A stretch of DNA of 32,000 nucleotides from Geotalea daltonii FRC-32 (GTDB taxonomy: Bacteria; Desulfobacterota; Desulfuromonadia; Geobacterales; Geobacteraceae). The number at the start of each line of letters is the position of its first letter. Within the stretch, counting starts at the first letter, position 1. The notes below the pieces were generated by a model. It made no database searches and was not told where the DNA came from. It was given only the letters and a program-made list of their open reading frames with translations. Below are positions 1-6,837 of this stretch, piece by piece. The DNA is taken from the NCBI RefSeq assembly GCF_000022265.1, contig NC_011979.1, positions 1,080,001-1,112,000 of the forward strand, given 5' to 3'. A program made the position numbers and the translations under genes.

Positions 1-445
1 CAATCAAATTCCTATAAATTGGTAAAGCATTTCCGCCAGGGTTTATCACTACTCCGTCATACGAACCTGTTTGAACATAGCTGCTTACTTGGTTGCTTGG
101 CATTATTAGTCCTGAAAAATGGGACGGAGCGTAGTTCTGGAACTCTTTCCAGTCAGTGAATAGAGTCAATAATCGTCGGTTGTCTGAGTCTTGGACTTCA
201 AGAATTCCAAACTTGCTCCCCTTCTGAATTTCTATTTCACCTTTTCCAATTTCTTGTTTATTGAGCCCTCTCTCGTCAATAGCGGCCAGGAATACAGCCT
301 TTCGTATTGCCTCCACTAACTCCACCGTGCTTTCGTTTGAGTTGTGATTTGCGTGATTTTGAATTGCGGCCACTAGATCCGGATTTTCAACTGGCTTGTT
401 TACGTCAATATTCGATCCGCTACTTTTTTTCTTAAATGGCCACAT
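1..445 (-). CDS. Cassette ORF, N-terminal part only (C-terminus lies outside the window); hypothetical, possibly SseB-like
   Basis: Hand translation from ATG at 445-443 gives MWPFKKKSSGSNIDVNKPVENPDLVAAIQNH...TLFTDWKEFQNYAP...YDGVVINPGGNALPI, open to position 1. The start lies 15 nt after the attC R' box GTTAGGC, with an AAGGA Shine-Dalgarno. The SseB resemblance (FTD...EF, INP motif) is from memory only. Confidence 0.5.
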   Translation of the reverse strand, partial: MWPFKKKSSGSNIDVNKPVENPDLVAAIQNHANHNSNESTVELVEAIRKAVFLAAIDERGLNKQEIGKGEIEIQKGSKFGILEVQDSDNRRLLTLFTDWKEFQNYAPSHFSGLIMPSNQVSSYVQTGSYDGVVINPGGNALPIYRNLI

Positions 446-460
446 AGTTATCCTTTTTTT

Positions 461-533
461 GCCTAACGGCTTGCGCCCTTGACCCGCCCGGGGCGTTTCT
501 CAGCCCCGGTCGGTGTCCAAGGGCCTGTTGGAT
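461..533 (-). repeat. attC site (73 bp)
   Basis: On the minus strand the R'' box is ATCCAAC (533-527) and the R' box is GTTAGGC (467-461). The internal arms CCCTTGACCCGCCCGGGG / CCCCGGTCGGTGTCCAAGGG pair with bulges. Confidence 0.8.
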
Positions 534-563
534 GCTTTCTTTCCTCATGTAGTTCAGCCGTGC

Positions 564-1013
564 TCATTTTCGACTTTTTAAGCGCTGCTGGACATTTCTT
601 GTAATCAATAGAGTCATGAGTCCTAATACGACAGAGACCGCCATTTCATGCCATTTCATCGCCTTTAACACGAATTTCATCGGTTCTTTGATCCCTTGGT
701 ATCTTGTGATGTCCCATAAAATCAAAATCGGTAAAACCACCGTTGAAAGCAGCAAAACAGTTGATGTGCCCAAGTAGGTAAGAGGGCCAATTAACGCTGC
801 TACTGCGACAGCTAATACGAGCATTATCAAGAGGATGTATTGTTCAGCAGAAGTCATAACCGGCACTACAAGAACGAAAACCGTTATCACTCCATACGCG
901 ATCGACGCACGTTTCCAACTCCACTTCTCGCTTTTATTACTCATTTTGTCGATGAGCGGAGGAATGGTCATGCATACGAGGATAGTTATCAAACTGCCAT
1001 AGACTGGAATCAT
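564..1013 (-). CDS. Cassette ORF, small polytopic membrane protein (hypothetical)
   Basis: The track ORF 564-1028 begins at a TTG lying inside the attC R' box. The first ATG (1013-1011, MIPVYGSLITILV...) is the more likely start. The protein has several hydrophobic helices. Confidence 0.6.
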   Translation of the reverse strand: MIPVYGSLITILVCMTIPPLIDKMSNKSEKWSWKRASIAYGVITVFVLVVPVMTSAEQYILLIMLVLAVAVAALIGPLTYLGTSTVLLLSTVVLPILILWDITRYQGIKEPMKFVLKAMKWHEMAVSVVLGLMTLLITRNVQQRLKSRK

Positions 1014-1022
1014 TTTCCCCTC

Positions 1023-1086
1023 ATCCAACGGTTTCGGCGCTGAGCGGCGCGGCGAAGCTGCGTCCGTCTCTAGTGCATGGTTATGC
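1023..1086 (-). repeat. attC site (64 bp)
   Basis: Minus-strand R'' is GCATAAC (1086-1080) and contains the TAA stop of the upstream cassette ORF. R' is GTTGGAT (1029-1023). The GC-rich interior pairs imperfectly. Confidence 0.7.
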
Positions 1087-1431
1087 GGCCTCGCTCTTAT
1101 AAAACTTATACAGAGACCAGGGCCAGAGCAGCACGAATATTAGGACCATCGACATCTGGACCGCAGCAAGGATAAATATCGTGATAGATACAGTGACGGC
1201 TATCAGTTGGCTTTTTTTGCTTAATTTTGTAGGCACAAGCAACGCAACGGCTATTCCTAGTGAAAAGAATCCTGCTACAAGAAGGAACATGATTTTGGGA
1301 CTTGTGGGGGCAATGGCCATAAATTCCCTCAAGCCTGCCGCATTTATGATAATTGCAACTGCACCGACATTACCAACTGCGGAAAGAACGCTCATCATGG
1401 CTGCAAATTTTCTTGGGTTGTCAGATTTCAT
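1081..1431 (-). CDS. Cassette ORF, small membrane protein (about 4 TM, hypothetical)
   Basis: ATG at 1431-1429 is preceded by GTTATGC-GGAGAAAAA (R' box followed by a Shine-Dalgarno). The 116-aa product is hydrophobic, and its stop lies inside the next attC R'' box. Confidence 0.65.
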   Translation of the reverse strand: MKSDNPRKFAAMMSVLSAVGNVGAVAIIINAAGLREFMAIAPTSPKIMFLLVAGFFSLGIAVALLVPTKLSKKSQLIAVTVSITIFILAAVQMSMVLIFVLLWPWSLYKFYKSEAA

Positions 1432-1440
1432 TTTTTCTCC

Positions 1441-1501
1441 GCATAACGTGTATGAGGCGCACCCGCCGCGTCAGCGGTCGGTGTGCCGCCGAGAGTTGGA
1501 C
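1441..1501 (-). repeat. attC site (61 bp)
   Basis: Minus-strand R'' is GTCCAAC (1501-1495) and R' is GTTATGC (1447-1441). The arms GGCGCACCCGCCGC / GCGGTCGGTGTGCC are near-complementary. Confidence 0.8.
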
Positions 1502-1502
1502 A

Positions 1503-1952
1503 TCAGTACTTTGCCGTATTTAGCCATTTAATCTCATCGGCCACGAATGCCTGCGATGCGGTAATTTCGACTTCTACATATTCTTCTTTTAGCTTTTCAT
1601 ATGGATCTGCTGATAGCAAAAGGTACTGCTTCTGATTTCCATACATGAAGCCGACATGGTCAAATCTGGTTTTTATTCCGTCTTTGGTTTTCAAGATAGC
1701 AGCAACTTTAATCTTGTCTCCATTCGGTGCTACCAGCGCCCAGCCTTTGGATTTCTGCTTGTACGCTGACGGAACTGCAATTAGCAGAAAGTTGAATGGG
1801 TACTTTGTTGTTCTGATGGGTTTTGACGGTCTTATCGTCAATGTATTTTCAGTCACCTTCTCAGATTTATTCGAAATTACAACTTCCTCTTCGGAGGTTG
1901 AAGCACACGAAATAAGCAAGCCCGCCAAAAGGAGGAAAAGCATTTTTTTCAT
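1503..1952 (-). CDS. Cassette ORF, predicted lipoprotein (hypothetical)
   Basis: The N-terminus MKKMLFLLLAGLLISCAS is a signal peptide with the lipobox LISC. The stop lies 1 nt from the attC R'' box. Confidence 0.7.
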   Translation of the reverse strand: MKKMLFLLLAGLLISCASTSEEEVVISNKSEKVTENTLTIRPSKPIRTTKYPFNFLLIAVPSAYKQKSKGWALVAPNGDKIKVAAILKTKDGIKTRFDHVGFMYGNQKQYLLLSADPYEKLKEEYVEVEITASQAFVADEIKWLNTAKY

Positions 1953-1966
1953 TCTTTTTCCTTGTC

Positions 1967-2041
1967 GTCCAACGGCGGCTCGGCATGACCTGCGCGGCAG
2001 GGCTTTATCCTGCCGCGTCAGCGTCTATGCCGGTGTTGGGC
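1967..2041 (-). repeat. attC site (75 bp)
   Basis: Minus-strand R'' is GCCCAAC (2041-2035) and R' is GTTGGAC (1973-1967). The arms GGCATGACCTGCGCGGCAGG / CCTGCCGCGTCAGCGTCTATGCC pair. Confidence 0.8.
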
Positions 2042-2096
2042 ATCGCTTCTCTATAGCTCTGTCTGTACAGCAAATACGGTAAATTCCTCTCCTTCG

Positions 2097-2438
2097 TCAC
2101 GGAGAGTTCAGCTCTGACTTTGATATTACGCGCCCGTCAGAGCTAAATCCTACTACCCACCACTCTGGCGGAATTGAATGCCCATATAAATATTCATGAT
2201 CGCAGTTCGCCTCGCGGCACCACAAAGGCTCAGGTCTTTTTTGTATTCCGTCAGGTTTACCCATCTTTTTTATGACAGATGCTTCCGTATCTCCTATCCG
2301 TACAGCCTCAAGCCATTTCGGGTAGTGAGAAATCTTATACCATCTCGTAGCACCGTAACTCCCACCTGACACCAGTAGCAATCCGAGCATGATGAAAATT
2401 ACTTTTCTTCTTTCGTTTTGTTTGGGTTCTGTCTTCAT
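2097..2438 (-). CDS. Cassette ORF, N-terminally membrane-anchored small protein (hypothetical, BamE/SmpA-like feel)
   Basis: The track start (TTG at 2456) falls inside the attC R' box. The ATG at 2438-2436 (MKTEPKQNERRKVIFIMLGLLLV...) is more plausible. The protein has one TM helix followed by a soluble domain. Confidence 0.6.
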   Translation of the reverse strand: MKTEPKQNERRKVIFIMLGLLLVSGGSYGATRWYKISHYPKWLEAVRIGDTEASVIKKMGKPDGIQKRPEPLWCREANCDHEYLYGHSIPPEWWVVGFSSDGRVISKSELNSP

Positions 2439-2450
2439 ATTCTTTCGTTT

Positions 2451-2500
2451 GGCCAACGGCTCAAGGCTCAGCGGCCGCTTGCGGTCCGCTGCAGCCGCTG
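2451..2500 (-). repeat. attC site, R'-proximal part; interrupted by a group II intron (remaining box at about 4404-4410)
   Basis: Minus-strand R' is GTTGGCC (2457-2451), with stem CAGCGGC...GCCGCTG at 2469-2500. Joining 2500 to about 4404 gives GCCGCTG-TTAGGC on the plus strand, which is the missing R'' box (GCCTAA on the minus strand). That box also carries the stop codon of ORF 4403-4870. Confidence 0.65.
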
Positions 2501-2984
2501 GTGTACGCCCGGCATGGGCGTGAACTTATGGGGTGCAAGTCCCCTGTACGGTGAATCCAGCACTGTCGAGACGACAGCGTAACCAAAGTACTAGCCGAAG
2601 GCAAGGGCGTCTCCGCGAGGAGGGGTCTGGAGGAAGCCGGAGCGCAAAGCTATGAGCCGACGAACAGAAACAGCATATAAGGCCGTCATCCGGGCAAGTC
2701 AGCACAACATGACGAAGTCCCATGGATTCAGGAGAAATGGTAAATGCTGCGGTTGTGTAGCGACAGTTCACGTTCTTATCCGGGGAGACCTGTCTCACAT
2801 GCCATTGAAGTCTAATGGCGCGGTATCTGGTAACAGCTGCCGTGATGGGGCAGGAGTCAGCAGAAGCCATAGTAGGCGATAGGACGTTGCCGCAAGCGAT
2901 CCGGCAACTGGAAACAAGCCGGGGAAGAACCCCGGAAGACTTACCCCGCCGAAGGGCTAAACGATGAAGAGGAGGTAAGCCCCA

Positions 2985-4325
2985 ATGAGCTTTCACGACA
3001 CACAGAACCTGTCCGGGGGAGTGCCGATGAAGCGCGTCGTTGATCCGCAAACTCCGGAGAACCACCTACTGGAGCGGATTCTGTCCCCAGAGAATATGGA
3101 ACTGGCGTGGAAACGGGTACGTGCTAACAAAGGCGCACCCGGTGTCGATGGGGTGAACATCGACGACTTTCCCGACATTACCAGACCTCTCTGGGGCGAC
3201 ATCCGCGCATCGCTTGCGACAGGTAGTTATCTTCCAAAGCCGGTTCTTCGGGTGGAGATACCGAAACCAACGGGCGGCAACCGCCCGTTGGGTATCCCCA
3301 CTGTGCTGGACCGGCTGATCCAACAGTCCATTGCCCAGGTGCTCACGCCGATCTTCGATCCCGGATTCTCGGAATCAAGCTTCGGTTTCCGCCCCGGCCG
3401 TTCGGCGCATGATGCCGTGCGGCAGCTGCGGGAGTATCTCCGGCAGGGCTACCGCATTGCCGTGGACATCGACCTTGCCAAGTTTTTCGACACGGTCAAT
3501 CACGATCTCCTCATGACGTTTGTGGGGAGGAAGGTCCGCGACAAGCGCGTGCTCGCCCTGATCGGCAGATACTTGAGAGCCGGGGTGGAGGTTGACGGAA
3601 GACTGGAAAAGACCCGCATGGGCGTTCCCCAAGGCGGTCCGCTTTCTCCGCTTCTTGCCAACATCCTCCTCGATCACCTGGACAAAGAGCTTGAGAAACG
3701 TGGCCACAAGTTCGTCCGTTACGCCGATGACTTCGTTATTCTCGTCAAAAGCGAGCGGGCTGGCGAACGGGTCATGGGAAGCGTGAGGAAGCATCTCACG
3801 ACAAAGCTCAAGCTCACGGTCAACGAAGACAAAAGCAAGGTTGCCAAAAGCGACCAAATCAGCTTCCTTGGCTTCGTCTTCAAGGGCACCAAAATCCTCT
3901 GGTCTGACAAGGCGTACAAGGAGTTTCGCCGCCGGGTCAGGAAGTACACCGGAAGAAGCTGGTTCGTCTCCATGGAGTACCGGCTGAACAAGCTGTCCAC
4001 CTACATCCGTGGCTGGATGGGATACTTCGGGATTTCCGAGGCCTACCACGACATCCCGGAGATAGACGGCTGGATCAGGCGCAGGGTGCGGCTCTGTTAC
4101 TGGAAACAGTGGCGGTGGTGCCGCACCAAGATTCGGAATCTGCTGAAACTGGGAGTTCAACTAGGAACTTCCATCAGAGCAGGACTGAATCGTGGCGGTC
4201 CGTGGGCCATGGCTCGCCGACTGGCCGCTCAGCACGGTATGACCAATCAATGGCTGAAAGATCAAGGTCTCATATCTGTCAAAGAACTGTGGGTGAAGAC
4301 TCATTACCCGGCTACGGCTCGGTAA
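2985..4325 (+). CDS. Group II intron reverse transcriptase/maturase (no endonuclease domain)
   Basis: Motifs seen: RPLGIPTVLDRLIQQ, GVPQGGPLSPLLANI, the YADD box (FVRYADDFVILV) and a maturase X region (YIRGWMGYF). A GAGGAGG Shine-Dalgarno lies 8 nt before the ATG at 2985. Confidence 0.92.
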   Translation: MSFHDTQNLSGGVPMKRVVDPQTPENHLLERILSPENMELAWKRVRANKGAPGVDGVNIDDFPDITRPLWGDIRASLATGSYLPKPVLRVEIPKPTGGNRPLGIPTVLDRLIQQSIAQVLTPIFDPGFSESSFGFRPGRSAHDAVRQLREYLRQGYRIAVDIDLAKFFDTVNHDLLMTFVGRKVRDKRVLALIGRYLRAGVEVDGRLEKTRMGVPQGGPLSPLLANILLDHLDKELEKRGHKFVRYADDFVILVKSERAGERVMGSVRKHLTTKLKLTVNEDKSKVAKSDQISFLGFVFKGTKILWSDKAYKEFRRRVRKYTGRSWFVSMEYRLNKLSTYIRGWMGYFGISEAYHDIPEIDGWIRRRVRLCYWKQWRWCRTKIRNLLKLGVQLGTSIRAGLNRGGPWAMARRLAAQHGMTNQWLKDQGLISVKELWVKTHYPATAR

Positions 4326-4333
4326 CTTCAGCG

Positions 4334-4400
4334 AACCGCCCGGTGCGGACCCGCATGCCGGGTGGTGTGGGGAGGGGGAGAGAAAAGCTCCCCCTTACCC
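4334..4400 (+). ncRNA. Intron ribozyme domains V and VI
   Basis: Domain V: lower stem CCGCCCGG (4336-4343) pairs with CCGGGTGG (4358-4365). A 2-nt bulge TG (4356-4357) sits on the 3' strand. The upper stem is TGCG/CGCA with a 4-nt loop. Domain VI: GGGGAGGGGGAG / CTCCCCCTT-A-CCC, with bulged A4397 about 7 nt from the 3' end. Confidence 0.7.
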
Positions 4401-4402
4401 GA

Positions 4403-4870
4403 TTAGGCACAGATTCCGCCTTTCAGAATGTTTTGTGTACATGGCTTTATACCGCTTAGTAGAGCTTTACCAGCCTTATTCCTTATAAGGCTACTGATTT
4501 GTTTCTGAAAACTGTCAATTGCTTGTGCTTCGAATTGCACCTCCATTGTTACCTTGTGCTTTTCGTTTTTGCGCTGATTTTGGGCAATATTGGCTTCTAA
4601 GTCCACAAGTGCAGCGGTATGACCAGAATTTGAGAAACAATAGAAGCTTATTGAAACAAAAGAATAGCCGTCCTTTGCACCTGCATTAAACTCGACACGT
4701 TCATCTACGGAATGCGGGAACCCTACTAATGCGTTTGCTAAGGCGTCGAGATCCTCATAGTTCGTATAGACCTCAGTTACACCAAAGAACTTACCACTAG
4801 ATGATGATGCCTGTATTTCTATTAGGTCATCGTCTTGCCAGATGATTTCGAGTGAAATGAAGTTGTCCAT
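4403..4870 (-). CDS. Cassette ORF, 155-aa soluble hypothetical protein
   Basis: ATG at 4870-4868 lies 10 nt after the R' box GTTAGGC. The TAA stop lies in the R'' remnant at the intron junction. I recognised no family motif. Confidence 0.6.
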   Translation of the reverse strand: MDNFISLEIIWQDDDLIEIQASSSSGKFFGVTEVYTNYEDLDALANALVGFPHSVDERVEFNAGAKDGYSFVSISFYCFSNSGHTAALVDLEANIAQNQRKNEKHKVTMEVQFEAQAIDSFQKQISSLIRNKAGKALLSGIKPCTQNILKGGICA

Positions 4871-4880
4871 AGTTTTGTCC

Positions 4881-4941
4881 GCCTAACGGCTTTAGGGTGA
4901 GCAGCGCGGGTTTTAGCTACTGCTCCACCCGATTGTTAGCG
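4881..4941 (-). repeat. attC site (61 bp)
   Basis: Minus-strand R'' is CGCTAAC (4941-4935) and contains the TAA stop of ORF 4936-5259. R' is GTTAGGC (4887-4881). The arms GGGTGAGCAG / CTGCTCCACCC pair with one extrahelical base. Confidence 0.8.
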
Positions 4942-5259
4942 GTTCCCGAAGTACATCACCCTGTACCAGTGCCCTACAACTACTGGCGCTGAAATTAAGG
5001 CTGCAGTAGCAATATTGCCAACAAAGGAGACGATTTTCTTGATCTTATGCCTTTTTTCAGCCTCTGATCCTTCTGGTTTTCTCAATAAGAATGATGAAGT
5101 AATCAGAGATAGGGCGTACACCCCCCAGACGGCAACGCATAGTGGGGGCCAAATCGTCGGAATCTTGTAGCCAATCAGGACGAGGACTGCTACAGCGGCT
5201 ACTTTTATCATCCAATACCGCAACCTATCTTTCCCTTGGCTATTAATCGCATCACTCAT
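4936..5259 (-). CDS. Cassette ORF, small membrane protein (hypothetical)
   Basis: The track start at 5292 lies inside the attC remnant. The ATG at 5259-5257 (MSDAINSQGKDRL...) sits 14 nt after the R' box GTTAGCG. The protein has about 3 TM helices. Confidence 0.6.
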   Translation of the reverse strand: MSDAINSQGKDRLRYWMIKVAAVAVLVLIGYKIPTIWPPLCVAVWGVYALSLITSSFLLRKPEGSEAEKRHKIKKIVSFVGNIATAALISAPVVVGHWYRVMYFGNR

Positions 5260-5273
5260 GATTTTTCTTTTCC

Positions 5274-5301
5274 CGCTAACGGCTTCGGACATGATGTATT
5301 A
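5274..5301 (-). repeat. Truncated attC remnant (R'/L' half only)
   Basis: CGCTAACGGCTTCGG (plus strand) matches the conserved start of the other attC sites (GCCTAACGGCTT). Only about 20 nt separate it from the upstream stop codon, and there is no partner arm or R'' box. Confidence 0.45.
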
Positions 5302-5508
5302 ATAACCAAAAATATAAATCTTCTCGCCACAACCTTCGCAGCGTGGTGCTGATATGAGCACATAAACGAGATAGATATCAAGCAGAAGCCATATGGAAAC
5401 CAGACCCACCAGCAGAACCAAAGGGAAAAGAAGCAAGAGCAGAATGGTGACCGGCCATGAAATACTTGTTGAGTAGGGCTGGGTATGCGAGCAAAAGGGG
5501 CAAATCAA
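5299..5508 (-). CDS. Small membrane protein with flanking CxxC pairs; the frame stays open upstream to 5613 without a start codon
   Basis: The product contains ICPFC, two TM helices and RCEGCGEKI. In the same frame upstream, by hand translation: ARNSSRFICNNCLTQTFPKCGTETKDGQYCKNCKT. This suggests a longer, disrupted gene. Confidence 0.4.
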   Translation of the reverse strand: MICPFCSHTQPYSTSISWPVTILLLLLFPLVLLVGLVSIWLLLDIYLVYVLISAPRCEGCGEKIYIFGY

Positions 5509-5573
5509 GGTTTTACAGTTTTTGCAGTATTGCCCGTCTTTGGTTTCAGTTCCGCACTTTGGGAACGTTTGGG

Positions 5574-5759
5574 TTAGACAGTTATTGCATATAAACCGTG
5601 AAGAGTTACGTGCTTATAGACGTAGAAGCTTAACGGTAGCAAAAAGAGCAGCGACCATCCCAAAAAGTACGCCAAAGGGAACAGAGTCATAAAAAGCCAT
5701 ACAGCAGATCGCTCACCCTTTGGGCCACCTGCATTTTTTTTTGCACTTTCTGCATTCAA
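5574..5759 (-). CDS. Small membrane ORF (TTG start); possibly part of a frameshifted gene together with 5299-5613
   Basis: The 61-aa product has two hydrophobic helices. An ATG at 5763-5761 in another frame encodes MIECRKCKKKCRWPKG-stop and runs through an A9 tract (T9 on the plus strand, 5734-5742). Confidence 0.35.
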   Translation of the reverse strand: MNAESAKKNAGGPKGERSAVWLFMTLFPLAYFLGWSLLFLLPLSFYVYKHVTLHGLYAITV

Positions 5760-5778
5760 TCATATGGAGGTCTTTTCT

Positions 5779-5830
5779 GTCGAACGGCTCGCGGGTGAGC
5801 TGCGAAGCCAGCTCTAACCGCGTGTTATAC
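5779..5830 (-). repeat. attC site (52 bp)
   Basis: Minus-strand R'' is GTATAAC (5830-5824) and R' is GTTCGAC (5785-5779). The arms CGCGGGTGAGCTG / CAGCTCTAACCGCG pair. Confidence 0.65.
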
Positions 5831-5841
5831 GTCTTTGCTTT

Positions 5842-6264
5842 CTACTTCAGTTGCCACGGCGTCGCGTTCCATTTCAGCCACCACCATTTAATTTGCCCTG
5901 TTATGATCTTCGCCTGCCGTCTTTCACTCGGGACAGAAAACTTCAACCCTTGCGGCATTAGCGCATATTCTGCTTCTGTTTGATCTGAAGGATTCCATAC
6001 GGCGCAATAGGTGCGGAAGTCGTCGCGGCAGATTGCATTTAGCAAAATGCCTAAATGCTTTTTAATGCCTCTCTTGTAGCCTCTTATTGCCTGTTCTCGT
6101 CCTTCTTTGTTGGGATGTACGATCAAAATGTCTCCGGAAACAGCAACATCGTCTGCGCATATCCAGATCAACTCGCCGGGCCATTCAACCGTTTTCAGAA
6201 ACTCTTGGAACTGAGCTTCCGCATCCTCAAATGCTGGTAAATTTTGCTCTTCTTTTTTTGTCAT
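5842..6264 (-). CDS. Cassette ORF, 140-aa soluble hypothetical protein
   Basis: The track ORF extends to 6366, through attC 6275-6335. The ATG at 6264-6262 (MTKKEEQNLPAFEDAE...) lies 10 nt after the R' box GTTATAC and is the likely start. Confidence 0.6.
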   Translation of the reverse strand: MTKKEEQNLPAFEDAEAQFQEFLKTVEWPGELIWICADDVAVSGDILIVHPNKEGREQAIRGYKRGIKKHLGILLNAICRDDFRTYCAVWNPSDQTEAEYALMPQGLKFSVPSERRQAKIITGQIKWWWLKWNATPWQLK

Positions 6265-6274
6265 TTCTTCTTTC

Positions 6275-6335
6275 GTATAACGGGTCGGGAGATCACCTGA
6301 CGGCTTCATGGTCAGGTGCATCTTCCTTGTTATGC
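6275..6335 (-). repeat. attC site (61 bp)
   Basis: Minus-strand R'' is GCATAAC (6335-6329) and contains the TAA stop of ORF 6330-6776. R' is GTTATAC (6281-6275). The central stem is CACCTGAC / GTCAGGTG. Confidence 0.75.
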
Positions 6336-6776
6336 TGTGCGTTTTATATGAGCAACGAGACGCCAATAAAAAACAGCCTCAATTGCAATAATCGAAATTG
6401 TAGTTCCCCATTCCAGTTGAAACTTACTGGTTCCGGCCATCTCTAATACACCAATAACCACCCCAACTACGAGGCCAGCAACCATGACCTTGATCAGAAG
6501 AGGGAAGGAAAGTGAAACTGCTTTCTCAATAAAGCGACTTCCCGTACCACCACCATTTGCCTTGAACGCCGCATTGATCCCAACGATTGTGATAATTAAT
6601 GTTACTAGCGACTCAGTAGCCAAAGCTTGCATGTTCTCGGGAGGCTGCAACATTGCGAGATAGAAGCAAATTGTTGTAAGGACTGAAGTCCCCATATAGT
6701 AATTCTTGAAACCAGTTTCATTGATAGAGTTCCTTTTTAGGTCTTCCTCTAATAACCGTGTCTTCCAAAAATACAT
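6330..6776 (-). CDS. Cassette ORF, 148-aa membrane protein (hypothetical)
   Basis: The upstream minus-strand sequence reads GTTATGC-ATTTTTAAAGGAGAGGCTAG-ATG (R' box, Shine-Dalgarno, start). The protein has four hydrophobic segments. Confidence 0.65.
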   Translation of the reverse strand: MYFWKTRLLEEDLKRNSINETGFKNYYMGTSVLTTICFYLAMLQPPENMQALATESLVTLIITIVGINAAFKANGGGTGSRFIEKAVSLSFPLLIKVMVAGLVVGVVIGVLEMAGTSKFQLEWGTTISIIAIEAVFYWRLVAHIKRTA

Positions 6777-6796
6777 CTAGCCTCTCCTTTAAAAAT

Positions 6797-6837
6797 GCAT
6801 AACGCCTGAGAGTACAGCGGCATGGCCGCTGTTACGC
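6797..6837 (-). repeat. attC site, unusually short (41 bp)
   Basis: Minus-strand R'' is GCGTAAC (6837-6831) and contains the stop of the SEC-C ORF. R' is GTTATGC (6803-6797). The stem is CAGCGGC-ATG-GCCGCTG. Confidence 0.55.

Larger units (their letters stand above)
2501..4403 (+). mobile_element. Group II intron (class C-attC-like) with intron-encoded RT/maturase; boundaries uncertain by about 3 nt
   Basis: The 5' end GTGTACG follows an attC stem-loop directly. The RT ORF sits in the domain IV position. A domain V-like 34-nt hairpin lies at 4334-4367, and a domain VI-like stem at 4369-4400 has an unpaired A at 4397. The element is antisense to the cassettes. Confidence 0.8.

Noticed and set aside
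840-2082. Plus-strand ORFs 840-1043, 1181-1531 and 1645-2082
   Set aside because: They run antisense to the cassette ORFs and straight through attC sites. Cassette logic (R' box, Shine-Dalgarno, start on the minus strand) supports the minus-strand genes.
2526-3065. 179-aa minus-strand ORF and 76-aa plus-strand ORF (2652-2882) upstream of the RT gene
   Set aside because: They lie within the intron ribozyme (domains I-III) and have Arg/Cys/Ser-rich low-complexity products. This region is structured RNA, not coding sequence.
3375-4160. 261-aa minus-strand ORF, plus several smaller ORFs inside 2985-4325
   Set aside because: They are shadows of the RT/maturase gene, which carries the diagnostic YADD and X-domain motifs on the plus strand.
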